The notes: a model not told the origin generated them from the letters alone. Positions 9,338-17,820 are shown, counted from the stretch's first letter. The stretch: 64,000 nucleotides of DNA from an uncultured Gammaproteobacteria bacterium (GCA_964638415.1 CAZWYP010000002.1:97997-161996); one strand, 5' to 3'. Made by a program: numbers and translations.

Positions 9338-10801
9338 ATGTTTGAGCATCTGAGTCCAAAAGTGAGACAGAGCAGCGGACAAAAAAGAGTTAAATTAAAA
9401 GTATACTCTTGGTTTTTACTGTCTGCTTTGTTTATTTTTGCTTCGGCCTGGGGATTAACCAGAGGCACGGGATCTAATGCCCAAAATAATCCGCAAATTA
9501 CCGCGGCGGTTTATACTACGGATAAATACTCTGATAATCAGGTGGTTTTAGACACTCCTAAGCTAACGGTTTTTGATTTTGTCATTAAAACTAATTCTTC
9601 CCAAATCTTTTTGAATCAGCTTAATATTCAAGTTAGCGGAGTTTATAATGAAGAATGGCTGGCAGATTTGTTGCTTTATAATCAAGGTACGCAATTGGGG
9701 CAGATTACCAACTTAGGAGACGGTCAGTTGCATTTTGACATTGGCCATTATCAGCTGCAGAATGGGGAGAACTATTTTCAATTACGCTTAAATCATTCTG
9801 ATAATTTATCTTTAGCTGATGCTGCTACTTTTACAATTAACAGCGCTCAGGATATTATTTTGTTTTATTTAGATCATCCTTTTACTCCTGAAGGGGTTTT
9901 CCCTATTTCTAGCCGCAAATTTTCTGTGATAGAACAAGGCCAATTATTAGCTTACAACAACTTAGTTCGCACGAATTTTTCTGTTCCAATAGAGAAAAAT
10001 GAATTATTAGCTGATTTTTCTTTTTCCAGCCAGAAGGAAACAGTCACCTTGAAGCAAGTGGTTATTAATGTAGAAAGTAATAATCCTTTATTGTCCGAAG
10101 AATTTTATTTGTCTTACCAAGGAGGAATAATAGCCAAGGCAGTGAGTGAGGATAACCAGTTGTCTTTTAGTTTTACTGAGCCGATAATTGTCAGGACTGA
10201 TCAGGATTTGAATTTATCTCTCTGGTCAAATTTAACTTCTGAAGGGGAATACTCATTTAAATTAGCTGAAGTTTTAGGCCAAGGATTTATTTCCGGCAAG
10301 GCAATAAGCTTAAATAATGAGTTGCTATTAAGTAAAGTAAAATCACTGGCTAATATGCCATACTTTACCGCTGATAAGCAAAGTAAATTATTATCTGACG
10401 GCTGGAACAGTTTGTATCAGCTGAAAGTTATTAATCCTGCTTCCCAAGCTTTAGTTATTGATAAATTAACCTGGCAATTGGATAATTTCGGTGTGCAGAT
10501 AACAGCTTTGGAATTATGGGTGGATAATGAACCTTACCAAGTCAATTTAACCCTTAATAATAATATAGTAACTGCTGATTTTACTGATCAGCCATTAAAG
10601 GTGGATTCAGCTAAAGAAGTATTGCTAATGGTTAAAGTCCAAAATTTAGCCGACAAGACCAGACTGCAGGCTAATCTGCTTAATGATAGTGTTCCCGACA
10701 AGGAACAGGGTGCTAATTTATTGTGGTCAATTGTTGACGAGCAATTTAACGGCTATTTATTGCCTAATTTTCCCTTAGCTCCCGCAATTTTGAGCAACTA
10801 G
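9338..10801 (+). CDS. Hypothetical N-terminally anchored secreted protein.
   Basis: N-terminal hydrophobic anchor (YSWFLLSALFIFASAWG). No recognisable domain. Confidence 0.4.
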   Translation: MFEHLSPKVRQSSGQKRVKLKVYSWFLLSALFIFASAWGLTRGTGSNAQNNPQITAAVYTTDKYSDNQVVLDTPKLTVFDFVIKTNSSQIFLNQLNIQVSGVYNEEWLADLLLYNQGTQLGQITNLGDGQLHFDIGHYQLQNGENYFQLRLNHSDNLSLADAATFTINSAQDIILFYLDHPFTPEGVFPISSRKFSVIEQGQLLAYNNLVRTNFSVPIEKNELLADFSFSSQKETVTLKQVVINVESNNPLLSEEFYLSYQGGIIAKAVSEDNQLSFSFTEPIIVRTDQDLNLSLWSNLTSEGEYSFKLAEVLGQGFISGKAISLNNELLLSKVKSLANMPYFTADKQSKLLSDGWNSLYQLKVINPASQALVIDKLTWQLDNFGVQITALELWVDNEPYQVNLTLNNNIVTADFTDQPLKVDSAKEVLLMVKVQNLADKTRLQANLLNDSVPDKEQGANLLWSIVDEQFNGYLLPNFPLAPAILSN

Positions 10802-10847
10802 TTGACGGCCGTAAGAATTTATTTTAAACTGCCAACAATAAAGCGAT

Positions 10848-12305
10848 TTGATGGGCAAAGCCAGATTCTTTCTGACAGGCAGTCTTCTTTTTTTATTGGT
10901 TAACTTCTATTTGAATTTTAACCAAGGTTTATTATCTTTACTGGATAATTATCTCTTAGAGGCTTGGTTGGTATTTGTTAGTTTATTATTTTTGACTTTT
11001 GTCGGTAAATATTTTTGGTGGCCGTTAATAGTCTTGGCGGCTATTTTACGTTTTTATTATTTTATCCAGCCGGAAGTCTTAACTCAAAATAATTTTGTTT
11101 ATGATCGTCAGTATTCTTTCATTGCGGAAATTATTGATTGGGATAAGAAGCTGAATGGCTGGCAATTGGTAGTTTTGCCCAAGGATTTAAATGATTTTTA
11201 TGGAAAAGTCCTAGTTAATGTTGAGCTTTATCCGGAATATGAACCGCAGCAGATTATTAGGATTAACTGCCGTCTGCGTCAGCCAGAACCGATTGCTAGC
11301 GATAATGGCCGTTTATTTTTCTATGATAAATATTTAGCCAAAGATGGAATTTTTGCTACTTGTTATTGGCCGCAAGTAGAGAGTATAGGCAAGAATAATA
11401 ATTTTTTAAGCCGATTGTGGTCAACTCAGGAATTTTTTCTTAATAATCTGAATAAAAATTTAGTAGAACCGGCTGGCAGTTTGGCTAAAGCGATGTTTTT
11501 TGACCAGCGGCGGGAAATGTCCAAAAGATTGCAGGTTGTATTTTCCCAGACCGGCTTAAGCCATGTAGTGGCTATTTCCGGGTCCCACATTGTAATTATT
11601 GTCTGGCTGTTGGAAATTTTCTTATTAACATTTTTTTACCGCCAGCAGGTAGTTTGGTTGATTGCCTCCATTATTATTATTTATTTATGGTTAATTGGTT
11701 TCCCTAGCGCGGCAGTCAGATCAGCTATTATGGTCGGCCTAATGATGCTTGGTCCTTATTTAGGAAGGCAGAGCGCTTCAATTTACGGTTTGCTGCTTAC
11801 GGCAGATATATTGGTTTGGTGGCATCCTTACGCTTTGATTTATGATATTGGTTTTCAGTTGTCATTTTTGGCTGTGGCTGGCTTGATTTTTTACAGCCGC
11901 TGGTGGGGAGACAAATTAAAATTTATTACTGAGCGCTGGAAATTACGCGAAATGGTTAGTGTTACTTTAGCCGCTCAGATGTTCGTCTGGCCTTTGATTG
12001 TCTACTACTTTGGCATTTTTTCTGTGGTGTCGGTTTTGGCTAATATTTTTATCTTGCCGCTCTTGCCAATGATTCTGCTCTTAGGCTTAAGCCTAGCCTT
12101 GTTGGGATCCTGGTGGTGGCTAGCGCCAGTTTTTAGCTGGCCTTTGTTCTTATTGCTGGAATTAATGATTTGGCTGTCAGAAAAATTTTCTCAAATTCCC
12201 TATGCTTATTTTTATTGGTCGGATTTTTCTTTAGGGCAGCTAGTGGTGATTGCTATTTTTATTATTATTTTTACTGCGATTATTAAACCCCATGAAGTCA
12301 GGTAA
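10848..12305 (+). CDS. comEC: ComEC/Rec2 DNA uptake channel (DUF4131 plus competence domain). It lacks the metallo-beta-lactamase domain.
   Basis: Motif QTGLSHVVAISGSHIVII. Polytopic membrane protein. Confidence 0.8.
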   Translation: MMGKARFFLTGSLLFLLVNFYLNFNQGLLSLLDNYLLEAWLVFVSLLFLTFVGKYFWWPLIVLAAILRFYYFIQPEVLTQNNFVYDRQYSFIAEIIDWDKKLNGWQLVVLPKDLNDFYGKVLVNVELYPEYEPQQIIRINCRLRQPEPIASDNGRLFFYDKYLAKDGIFATCYWPQVESIGKNNNFLSRLWSTQEFFLNNLNKNLVEPAGSLAKAMFFDQRREMSKRLQVVFSQTGLSHVVAISGSHIVIIVWLLEIFLLTFFYRQQVVWLIASIIIIYLWLIGFPSAAVRSAIMVGLMMLGPYLGRQSASIYGLLLTADILVWWHPYALIYDIGFQLSFLAVAGLIFYSRWWGDKLKFITERWKLREMVSVTLAAQMFVWPLIVYYFGIFSVVSVLANIFILPLLPMILLLGLSLALLGSWWWLAPVFSWPLFLLLELMIWLSEKFSQIPYAYFYWSDFSLGQLVVIAIFIIIFTAIIKPHEVR

Positions 12306-13131
12306 ATTAAAATTTTTCTTATTGTTCTCTTTAGCGATTATCTATCTTTTATTTGATATTTATTTTCCCCAAGCTAATTTGCAGGTAGATTTCCTAGCTA
12401 TTGGTCAGGGTAATGCAGTATTAATGCAGACGCCAAGTGGACAAACCATCTTATTTGACGGCGGACCAGATAATACACTGTTAACGGAGTTAGGCGAGGT
12501 ACTCCCTTGGTGGAAGCGCCGGATAGATTATGTGCTGATTAGTCATTACCATGCCGATCATTTTGCTGGTTTGCTGGAATTAGCCGAGCATTACCGTTTA
12601 GGAGAAGTAATTGTAACTGGCCATCAGCCAAGTAATGATCTGTTGTTTCAGCTTTGGCAGAACAAGATAGCAGAATATAATATTAAAGTGACAGTTGCTT
12701 ATCCCGGTGAAAAATGGGAGTTAGGTAATAATTTAAGCTGGCAGGTTTTATCTGCAGATGCCGGCCAGCAGGATTACAATGATAATTCTTTGGTAGTTAG
12801 GGTTTCTTATGGACAGATGGATTGGCTATTTCCCGGAGATCTAACTGCTCTTAAGGAAAAAGAAGTGTTGGCTAGCGGTTTCACTTTAGATTCGGAGGTG
12901 CTTAATGTTGGTCATCATGGCAGTAAATATTCTTCCTCTCCAGATTGGCTACAAGCCATTAGTCCGGAACTTTGCCTGATTCAATCTGAAGAGGGTAATT
13001 CTTTCGGTCATCCGCATCAGGAGCTGTTACAGAGGCTAGAAGAGGTTAATTGCCGGGTGGAAAGAAATGACCAACAGGGGAGAATTACCGTATTTTCCGA
13101 TGGCCAGGACTGGTGGATAAAGGCCAGGTAA
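12294..13131 (+). CDS. Membrane-anchored metallo-beta-lactamase-fold protein, equivalent to the ComEC C-terminal domain encoded separately.
   Basis: HxHxDH motif (ISHYHADHFAGL). ATG at 12294 overlaps the comEC stop in a different frame. N-terminal signal/TM segment. Confidence 0.75.
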
Positions 13132-13189
13132 AATACTTGCTTTCTGCTTAATTTTGCCCTATAATTAATACACTTAAGCAATAAAGATA

Positions 13190-13588
13190 TTGAATATTAT
13201 GAGCGACCAAAAAGTTAAAATTTTATTGATTGAAGATGAAGAAATGCTGGCCAATATGTATGAGGTTAAGTTCAAGAATGAAGGTTTTGAGCTGACCAAA
13301 GCTTTAGATGGTGCTTCCGGTTTGGAGCAGGCCAAAAAAATTAAGCCGGACTTTGTTTTGCTGGATGTTATTATGCCTAAAATGGATGGATTTTCCGTTT
13401 TGAAGTCTTTAAGGGAAGATCCTACTACTAAGGATCTGCCGGTAATGCTGCTTACTAATTTAGGTCAGGATGAAGATGTGAAGAAAGGTAAAGAATTAGG
13501 AGTAGTTGGTTATTTGGTTAAGGCTAATGTAACTCCATCAGAGGTGGTAGAAACCGTTAAGAAAGAATTAGCTAAATTAAATAAATAA
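13190..13588 (+). CDS. Stand-alone response-regulator receiver (CheY-like) protein.
   Basis: KILLIEDEE...LLDVIMPKMDGF...K motifs. No output domain. The start may be the ATG at 13199. Confidence 0.8.
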   Translation: MNIMSDQKVKILLIEDEEMLANMYEVKFKNEGFELTKALDGASGLEQAKKIKPDFVLLDVIMPKMDGFSVLKSLREDPTTKDLPVMLLTNLGQDEDVKKGKELGVVGYLVKANVTPSEVVETVKKELAKLNK

Positions 13589-13636
13589 TTTAATATTATT
13601 AAGCTAGCTTTACGGCTAGCTTTAGCGTAAGCAATT

Positions 13637-14146
13637 ATGAACGAGAATTTAGAGAGAAGTTTAATTTTACTCAAGCCAGATGCTATTGACCGAGGATTAA
13701 TCGGGGAGATTTTAAACAGATTTGAAAGAACTGGTTTAAAAGTTGTCGGCTTGAAAATGGTTTGGTCGGATAAGGATACGGCCTTAAAGCATTATACTGA
13801 AGATATTGCCCAGAGAAGGGGACAGCGCGTCAGAGATATTTTAATAGAAATGATCACTCAAGGCCCGATTGTGGCTATTGTCCTGGAGGGTATTGAGGTA
13901 GTAGAGGTTTGCCGTAAGTTAGTGGGGGAGACTGAACCCAAGTCTGCTGCTCCTGGTACCATAAGGGGAGATTATGCCCACTTGTCTTTTAAGTATGCAG
14001 ACAAAAAGGATGTGGCAGTATTTAATTTAATTCATGCTTCAGCCAATCCCACAGAAGCTAAGGCGGAAATTGCTGTCTGGTTCCAGGATTTTGAGCTTCA
14101 GAACCATAAACCTAGTTATACCAAACATACCTTATTGGAAGATTAA
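13637..14146 (+). CDS. ndk: Nucleoside diphosphate kinase.
   Basis: ERSLILLKPDAIDRGLIGEI... and NLIHASAN (catalytic His). AVWF motif. Confidence 0.85.
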   Translation: MNENLERSLILLKPDAIDRGLIGEILNRFERTGLKVVGLKMVWSDKDTALKHYTEDIAQRRGQRVRDILIEMITQGPIVAIVLEGIEVVEVCRKLVGETEPKSAAPGTIRGDYAHLSFKYADKKDVAVFNLIHASANPTEAKAEIAVWFQDFELQNHKPSYTKHTLLED

Positions 14147-14151
14147 ATAAT

Positions 14152-14180
14152 AAAACTCCCTAAAATTTAGGGAGTTTTTG
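14152..14180 (+). terminator. Rho-independent terminator after ndk.
   Basis: AAAACTCCCTAAAATTTAGGGAGTTTTT hairpin plus T-run. Confidence 0.7.
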
Positions 14181-14239
14181 CTAATCTTAGTCTATTTGAT
14201 TTTGGACTTTATCAGTGATAAAATTAAAGGGTTCAAGGA

Positions 14240-14443
14240 GTAAATATTTGCAATTCTACAATTGCGCTAACAGGGATCTCAATATTTACCAAAATCGTGG
14301 TTTTGGTGTGCGAGAACCCACCTGACTTTCAGGGGTTAGCAAATAATTTACTGGCTTGAACATCTAAGAAACCATAAGATAATTATGGGGAACAAGAAGT
14401 AAAAGCCTGCTCTTTGGCAACTAGCCAATCAGCGGGCTTTTTG
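14240..14443 (+). ncRNA. Candidate small RNA or leader of about 200 nt, of unknown class.
   Basis: ORF-free interval. Possible promoter TTGATT-17-TAAAAT (14204-14232). Ends in a hairpin AAGCCTGCT...AGCGGGCTTTTT (14402-14443). Relatively GC-rich internal hairpins (GGTGTGCGAGAACCCACC). Confidence 0.2.
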
Positions 14444-14476
14444 ATATGATAAAAATATAAAAATTAAATAAAAAAT

Positions 14477-14818
14477 ATGCAACTTATTATTCGTTGGTTA
14501 ATTAATGCTTTAATTTTATTATTAGCAGCTTATTTAATCCCGCAAATAACAGTAGAGAGCTTTTATGCCGCTTTGATGACGGCTCTGGTTTTGGGCATTG
14601 TCAATGCTTTAATCAGGCCGATTATTATTATCCTGACTTTGCCAATTAATATCTTAACACTGGGATTATTTACTTTAGTCATTAATGGTTTGCTAATAAT
14701 GTTTGTCGCTAGCTTTGTTAAAGGTTTTGCGGTAGCTGGATTTTGGCCGGCTGTCTTATTGTCCTTAATCCTATGGTTAGGCTCCTGGCTGACTAATGCT
14801 TTGTTGTCAGACAAATAA
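14477..14818 (+). CDS. DUF360 / phage-holin-family-4-like small membrane protein.
   Basis: 113 aa with four hydrophobic helices. Typical YvlD-like architecture. Confidence 0.5.
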   Translation: MQLIIRWLINALILLLAAYLIPQITVESFYAALMTALVLGIVNALIRPIIIILTLPINILTLGLFTLVINGLLIMFVASFVKGFAVAGFWPAVLLSLILWLGSWLTNALLSDK

Positions 14819-14820
14819 AA

Positions 14821-14858
14821 AATCCCCGCTTGAAATTTAATCCGGCGGGAATTTTTAA
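14821..14858. terminator. Bidirectional terminator hairpin between the DUF360 gene and rpmB.
   Basis: A-run, TCCCCGC...GCGGGAA hairpin, then T-run. Confidence 0.6.
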
Positions 14859-14864
14859 TAGTAG

Positions 14865-15044
14865 TTATTTGACGTTAGAATTTTTGAATGCTTTAAGGCA
14901 GGACGTGCAGATAGTGATTCTGCGTCCGTCAACCTTTTTGCTTTGCAGGTTGATGTGCATGCGGCGCTTACTGGCAATATTAGAGTGGGAGCGGCTGTTG
15001 CCGACCACGGCCTTGCGCTGACAGATTGAACATACTTTGGCCAT
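14865..15044 (-). CDS. rpmB: 50S ribosomal protein L28, the zinc-binding (C+) form.
   Basis: Hand translation of the minus strand gives MAKVCSICQRKAVVGNSRSHSNIASKRRMHINLQSKKVDGRRITICTSCLKAFKNSNVK (59 aa). Not in the ORF track because it is under 60 aa. The plus-strand ORF 14830..15021 is its antisense artefact. Confidence 0.8.
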   Translation of the reverse strand: MAKVCSICQRKAVVGNSRSHSNIASKRRMHINLQSKKVDGRRITICTSCLKAFKNSNVK

Positions 15045-15139
15045 ATCCTTGATTTTTTAACTTAATTTTTCTATACTTAGCAGACTAATGAAAATAGTGT
15101 TTATGAGTTTAGCATAGATAATTAATTTTGTAAAGACTG

Positions 15140-15769
15140 ATGTTATTTGAGTTATTATTTAAAAACCAAGAGCTGTTTTTGACCATTATTTTATCCATTA
15201 TTTACGCTTTGACCATTCATGAGTTTGCCCATGCCTGGGCCGCAACCGCTTTAGGCGACCAAACAGCAAAATATGCCGGTCGCTTATCTCTTAATCCTTT
15301 GCGCCATTTGGATTTTTTTGGAACCCTGATGCTGGTTTTTGCTGGATTTGGCTGGGGCAAGCCAGTTCCGGTTAATGTTTATAATTTACGCTGGAGCCGG
15401 TGGGGGGAGGCGGTTGTTTCACTCGCTGGGCCAGTTAGTAATTTTTTAAGCGTTATTTTTTTTATTATTCTATTCTCTTGGATCGGGCCCTTACTGCCGC
15501 CTAATAATTTATTATTCATTTTCCTTTCCAGTTTGATTATTGTTAATGCTATTTTGGGAATTTTTAACCTCATACCGATTCCGCCGCTGGATGGCTCTAA
15601 GATCTTATTTGCTTTCTTGCCGGATAGATTTAATCATCTCAAGCAGCAATTGTCTGTTAATGGTATCTGGATCCTCCTGGCATTATTAATCTTGGACGAT
15701 TTGACTCGTATTAATATTTTCGGACGGATAATAGATGGTTTTCTCAATATCATCTATTACTTCCTTTAA
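15140..15769 (+). CDS. Site-2 protease family (peptidase M50) membrane metalloprotease.
   Basis: HEFAHAWAA HExxH motif within a TM helix. Polytopic. About 209 aa. Confidence 0.7.
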   Translation: MLFELLFKNQELFLTIILSIIYALTIHEFAHAWAATALGDQTAKYAGRLSLNPLRHLDFFGTLMLVFAGFGWGKPVPVNVYNLRWSRWGEAVVSLAGPVSNFLSVIFFIILFSWIGPLLPPNNLLFIFLSSLIIVNAILGIFNLIPIPPLDGSKILFAFLPDRFNHLKQQLSVNGIWILLALLILDDLTRINIFGRIIDGFLNIIYYFL

Positions 15770-15781
15770 TTAATAATTATA

Positions 15782-15813
15782 ATAAGCCGGTTGCTTGACA
15801 AACCGGCTTTTTT
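15782..15813 (+). terminator. Rho-independent terminator after the M50 protease gene.
   Basis: AAGCCGGTT-gcttgaca-AACCGGCTTTTTT. Confidence 0.7.
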
Positions 15814-16380
15814 ATATTATGGTGAGAATATAAAGCGTTCTTTGCACGTAATTCACCTGAAAGCGCTGCTGCTTACATGCTAAGTGTAAGGTCAGGATTA
15901 GTCCCCTGGCCAAAGCAATTACCATGTCTATGCGTGGAGCACTTTCCTTGGCGCTTGCCTTGGTAGTACTAAAAATCTTTTTTCCAGAGGTTTCCGAACT
16001 TCTGTTGAAAATTATTATTAGTGCCCTAGGCATTCTCCTAGAAGCTATTGATCAAATACAGCTAACCTCAGGTTAGCACCACCATATTTAGACTTCTGCT
16101 CCGGCAGAAGTCTTTTCTTGACAAAAACAATATTTATCTGTATTTTAGTATAGATATATGAGTTCCAATTAAATTTGACTATAGTCAGCAATCCGTCGCT
16201 TACAGTTTGGGTATGGCCAAAAGTTCAGTCTATACTGGTCAAAATTTAGATCTGACTTACCTCCTCACTGTCCTCGGCGCGCCCGCCTTGATGTAGATTG
16301 CCTGCTGGCAATTCTGATTTGAACGCTGACTTAGTCATTAGCCCCTCTTGTGTTATGGCAGGAGGGGTGTTTTTTATCTC
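15814..16380 (+). other. ORF-poor, GC-enriched segment with two terminator-like hairpins (16090-16118 and about 16340-16378). It may hold one or two small RNAs of unknown class.
   Basis: No ORF of 60 aa or more on the plus strand. The only minus-strand ORF (15812..16033) has atypical composition. Hairpins AGACTTCTGC-tccg-GCAGAAGTCTTTT and GCCCCTC...GGAGGGGTGTTTTTT. Local GC is well above neighbouring genes. Confidence 0.25.
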
Positions 16381-16408
16381 TTGACAAAGTTTTTATTTTT
16401 TGTATAAT
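16381..16408 (+). promoter_or_regulatory. Near-consensus sigma70 promoter (TTGACA-16-TATAAT).
   Basis: ttgacaaagtttttattttttgtataat. It drives the ORF-free transcript below. Confidence 0.55.
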
Positions 16409-16414
16409 ACTATG

Positions 16415-16940
16415 GTTACCTCATGGTACGTCCTCTAAAATATTTGATTTGAAGTCAGCTCAATTCTTCAAAATTCTTGCCACATCAGGCTCACAGCTGT
16501 CCGCGCGTTGGTCCACCTCCTTATGAGGATATTGCACCACAAGCCGGAATTACAGACCTGAAACGTGCTCATGATGTGATTGTGAGGTTTTGAGCAATTG
16601 CTTGTTCGGTAATGACAGGAATTCTGTCGTCTTGCACTGGCAACGGTAGTAAGCCTACAAACAAACTGTCATTGATTAGAACCCGTCTCCGCTGAAAGGA
16701 GGGAGACAAAACGATTGTATTTCAATCTAGGATTAGCCAGCTAATATGAGTCATTTGGAGTATTCCGAAGTGGCCGCACACTATAGGCTGAGCATTTTGG
16801 GCATTTTACATGGCGCCCTATTTTCCTGATTGAAGTAGTTGAGCTGACTCATTTTTTTGAAAGTCTGCCGGCATTTTCTCCGGTGTTGGTGATGTTGCCA
16901 AGCAGACTTGCCAAAACCCGATAGCGTTTACGCCATCGGG
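16415..16940 (+). ncRNA. Candidate large structured ncRNA of about 525 nt, class unknown. Alternatively a MITE-like element.
   Basis: It lies between a consensus promoter and an intrinsic terminator (AAAACCCGAT...ATCGGGTTTTCTTTTT at 16904-16940). No ORF of 60 aa or more on either strand. GC-rich stems. An 11-bp long-range complement pairs 16453-16463 (AGTCAGCTCAA) with 16839-16849 (TTGAGCTGACT). No clear RNase P, tmRNA or SRP signature was found. Confidence 0.35.
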
Positions 16941-17021
16941 TTTTCTTTTTGACAATATTTTTTAATTAAATTAAGCTTAATTTCAGTCCATAGTTCTTAT
17001 TATTTTTGCAAGGAGACAGTT

Positions 17022-17558
17022 ATGCGTAGCTGGTTTTTGGCTTTGATCATGTTGGTTGTTGCTCTTCCATGTTTCGCTCAGATTAATGTGGATTTCAACA
17101 TTGGTAGCCAGTTTTCTTGGGTAGAGCAAGGTACGGAAGTATCAATTACTGTCCGTTCTGCCTATTGGCGGCCATATCTGGATTCGGTGGAAGTAATTTT
17201 GGATCCTGATCCTGATCCTGTGTTTGCAGACTTAGCTCCCAGTTTAGGGTATTTGGATCCTGATCAATATCCGGTGATACAGATCAATTGTGCATCTGGC
17301 CCCAGTGATTTTGGCTACGAAATGAATGTGATGATCAATGAAGATCTTGGCTTGGCTGGGCATGCTCCTGATTCCGCTCTGGTTATAGCTACCGTTGACT
17401 TTGTTGTACCCTATAGCCTGCAGCCAGAAACTGAATTCATTTTAGGCATTGTATTTTTTGGCTGGTCAAATAGTCCACCGGTCAATTGCTACCCAAGTGT
17501 TTGTTTTGATGTCGGGTGCACAGTGGTAACTCCTAGTTACCAAGCTATGCTCAGATAG
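17022..17558 (+). CDS. Secreted hypothetical protein with a signal peptide, DPDPDP motif and Cys pairs.
   Basis: MRSWFLALIMLVVALPCFAQ signal peptide. Codon usage is more GC-rich than the ribosomal genes. Confidence 0.45.
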   Translation: MRSWFLALIMLVVALPCFAQINVDFNIGSQFSWVEQGTEVSITVRSAYWRPYLDSVEVILDPDPDPVFADLAPSLGYLDPDQYPVIQINCASGPSDFGYEMNVMINEDLGLAGHAPDSALVIATVDFVVPYSLQPETEFILGIVFFGWSNSPPVNCYPSVCFDVGCTVVTPSYQAMLR

Positions 17559-17576
17559 AGCTCCTTTTTACCGCTT

Positions 17577-17610
17577 GCCCGCTTAAACCTATGGTTTAGG
17601 CGGGCTTTTT
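17577..17610 (+). terminator. Rho-independent terminator.
   Basis: GCCCGCTTAAACC-tatgg-GGTTTAGGCGGGCTTTTT. Confidence 0.7.
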
Positions 17611-17612
17611 GC

Positions 17613-17640
17613 TTGACAAACTTAGATACAGTAATATAAT
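17613..17640 (+). promoter_or_regulatory. Consensus-like sigma70 promoter (TTGACA-16-TATAAT, with a second TATAAT 5 nt downstream).
   Basis: cttgacaaacttagatacagtaatataattaatataatt. Confidence 0.5.
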
Positions 17641-17736
17641 TAATATAATTATTGTTCAATTATTTACGCCGTCTGCCTGCATAGGGCGACTATACTTGTT
17701 GGAAAACAGCCACCCCAAACCTCGGAGGAATCCTCT

Positions 17737-17820
17737 ATGATTGTGACGTCCAAGACGAACAAGAACACGACGGCCAAGAAGAAGAACGGCAATTTCGGCG
17801 CCAGCGCGGCCATCACCTAG
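17737..17820 (+). CDS. 27-codon GC3-rich small ORF (MIVTSKTNKNTTAKKKNGNFGASAAIT) with a GGAGGA Shine-Dalgarno sequence and its own terminator.
   Basis: GGAGGA lies 7 nt upstream of the ATG. Codons acg/tcc/aag/aac/gcc/ggc are atypical for this AT-rich genome. Followed by a GGTACG-tcag-CGTACC hairpin and terminator 17872-17909. Confidence 0.3.
   Translation: MIVTSKTNKNTTAKKKNGNFGASAAIT

Noticed and set aside
14830-15021. 63-aa plus-strand ORF.
   Set aside because: Antisense shadow of rpmB (L28), which is clearly encoded on the minus strand.
15812-16033. 73-aa minus-strand ORF in the ORF-poor GC-enriched segment.
   Set aside because: No plausible start context. Atypical composition. More consistent with non-coding structured sequence. 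Kept only as part of the ncRNA-candidate region.
16400-16950. Considered RNase P RNA, tmRNA, SRP RNA or group II intron domain V for the 525-nt transcript.
   Set aside because: Could not find GGAAAGUCCGGGC/ACAGAA (RNase P), a tag-peptide ORF ending ...LAA-stop or a tRNA-like 3' end CCACCA (tmRNA), GGAAGCAGCC (SRP), or the domain V consensus. It is left as unclassified rather than asserting a family.
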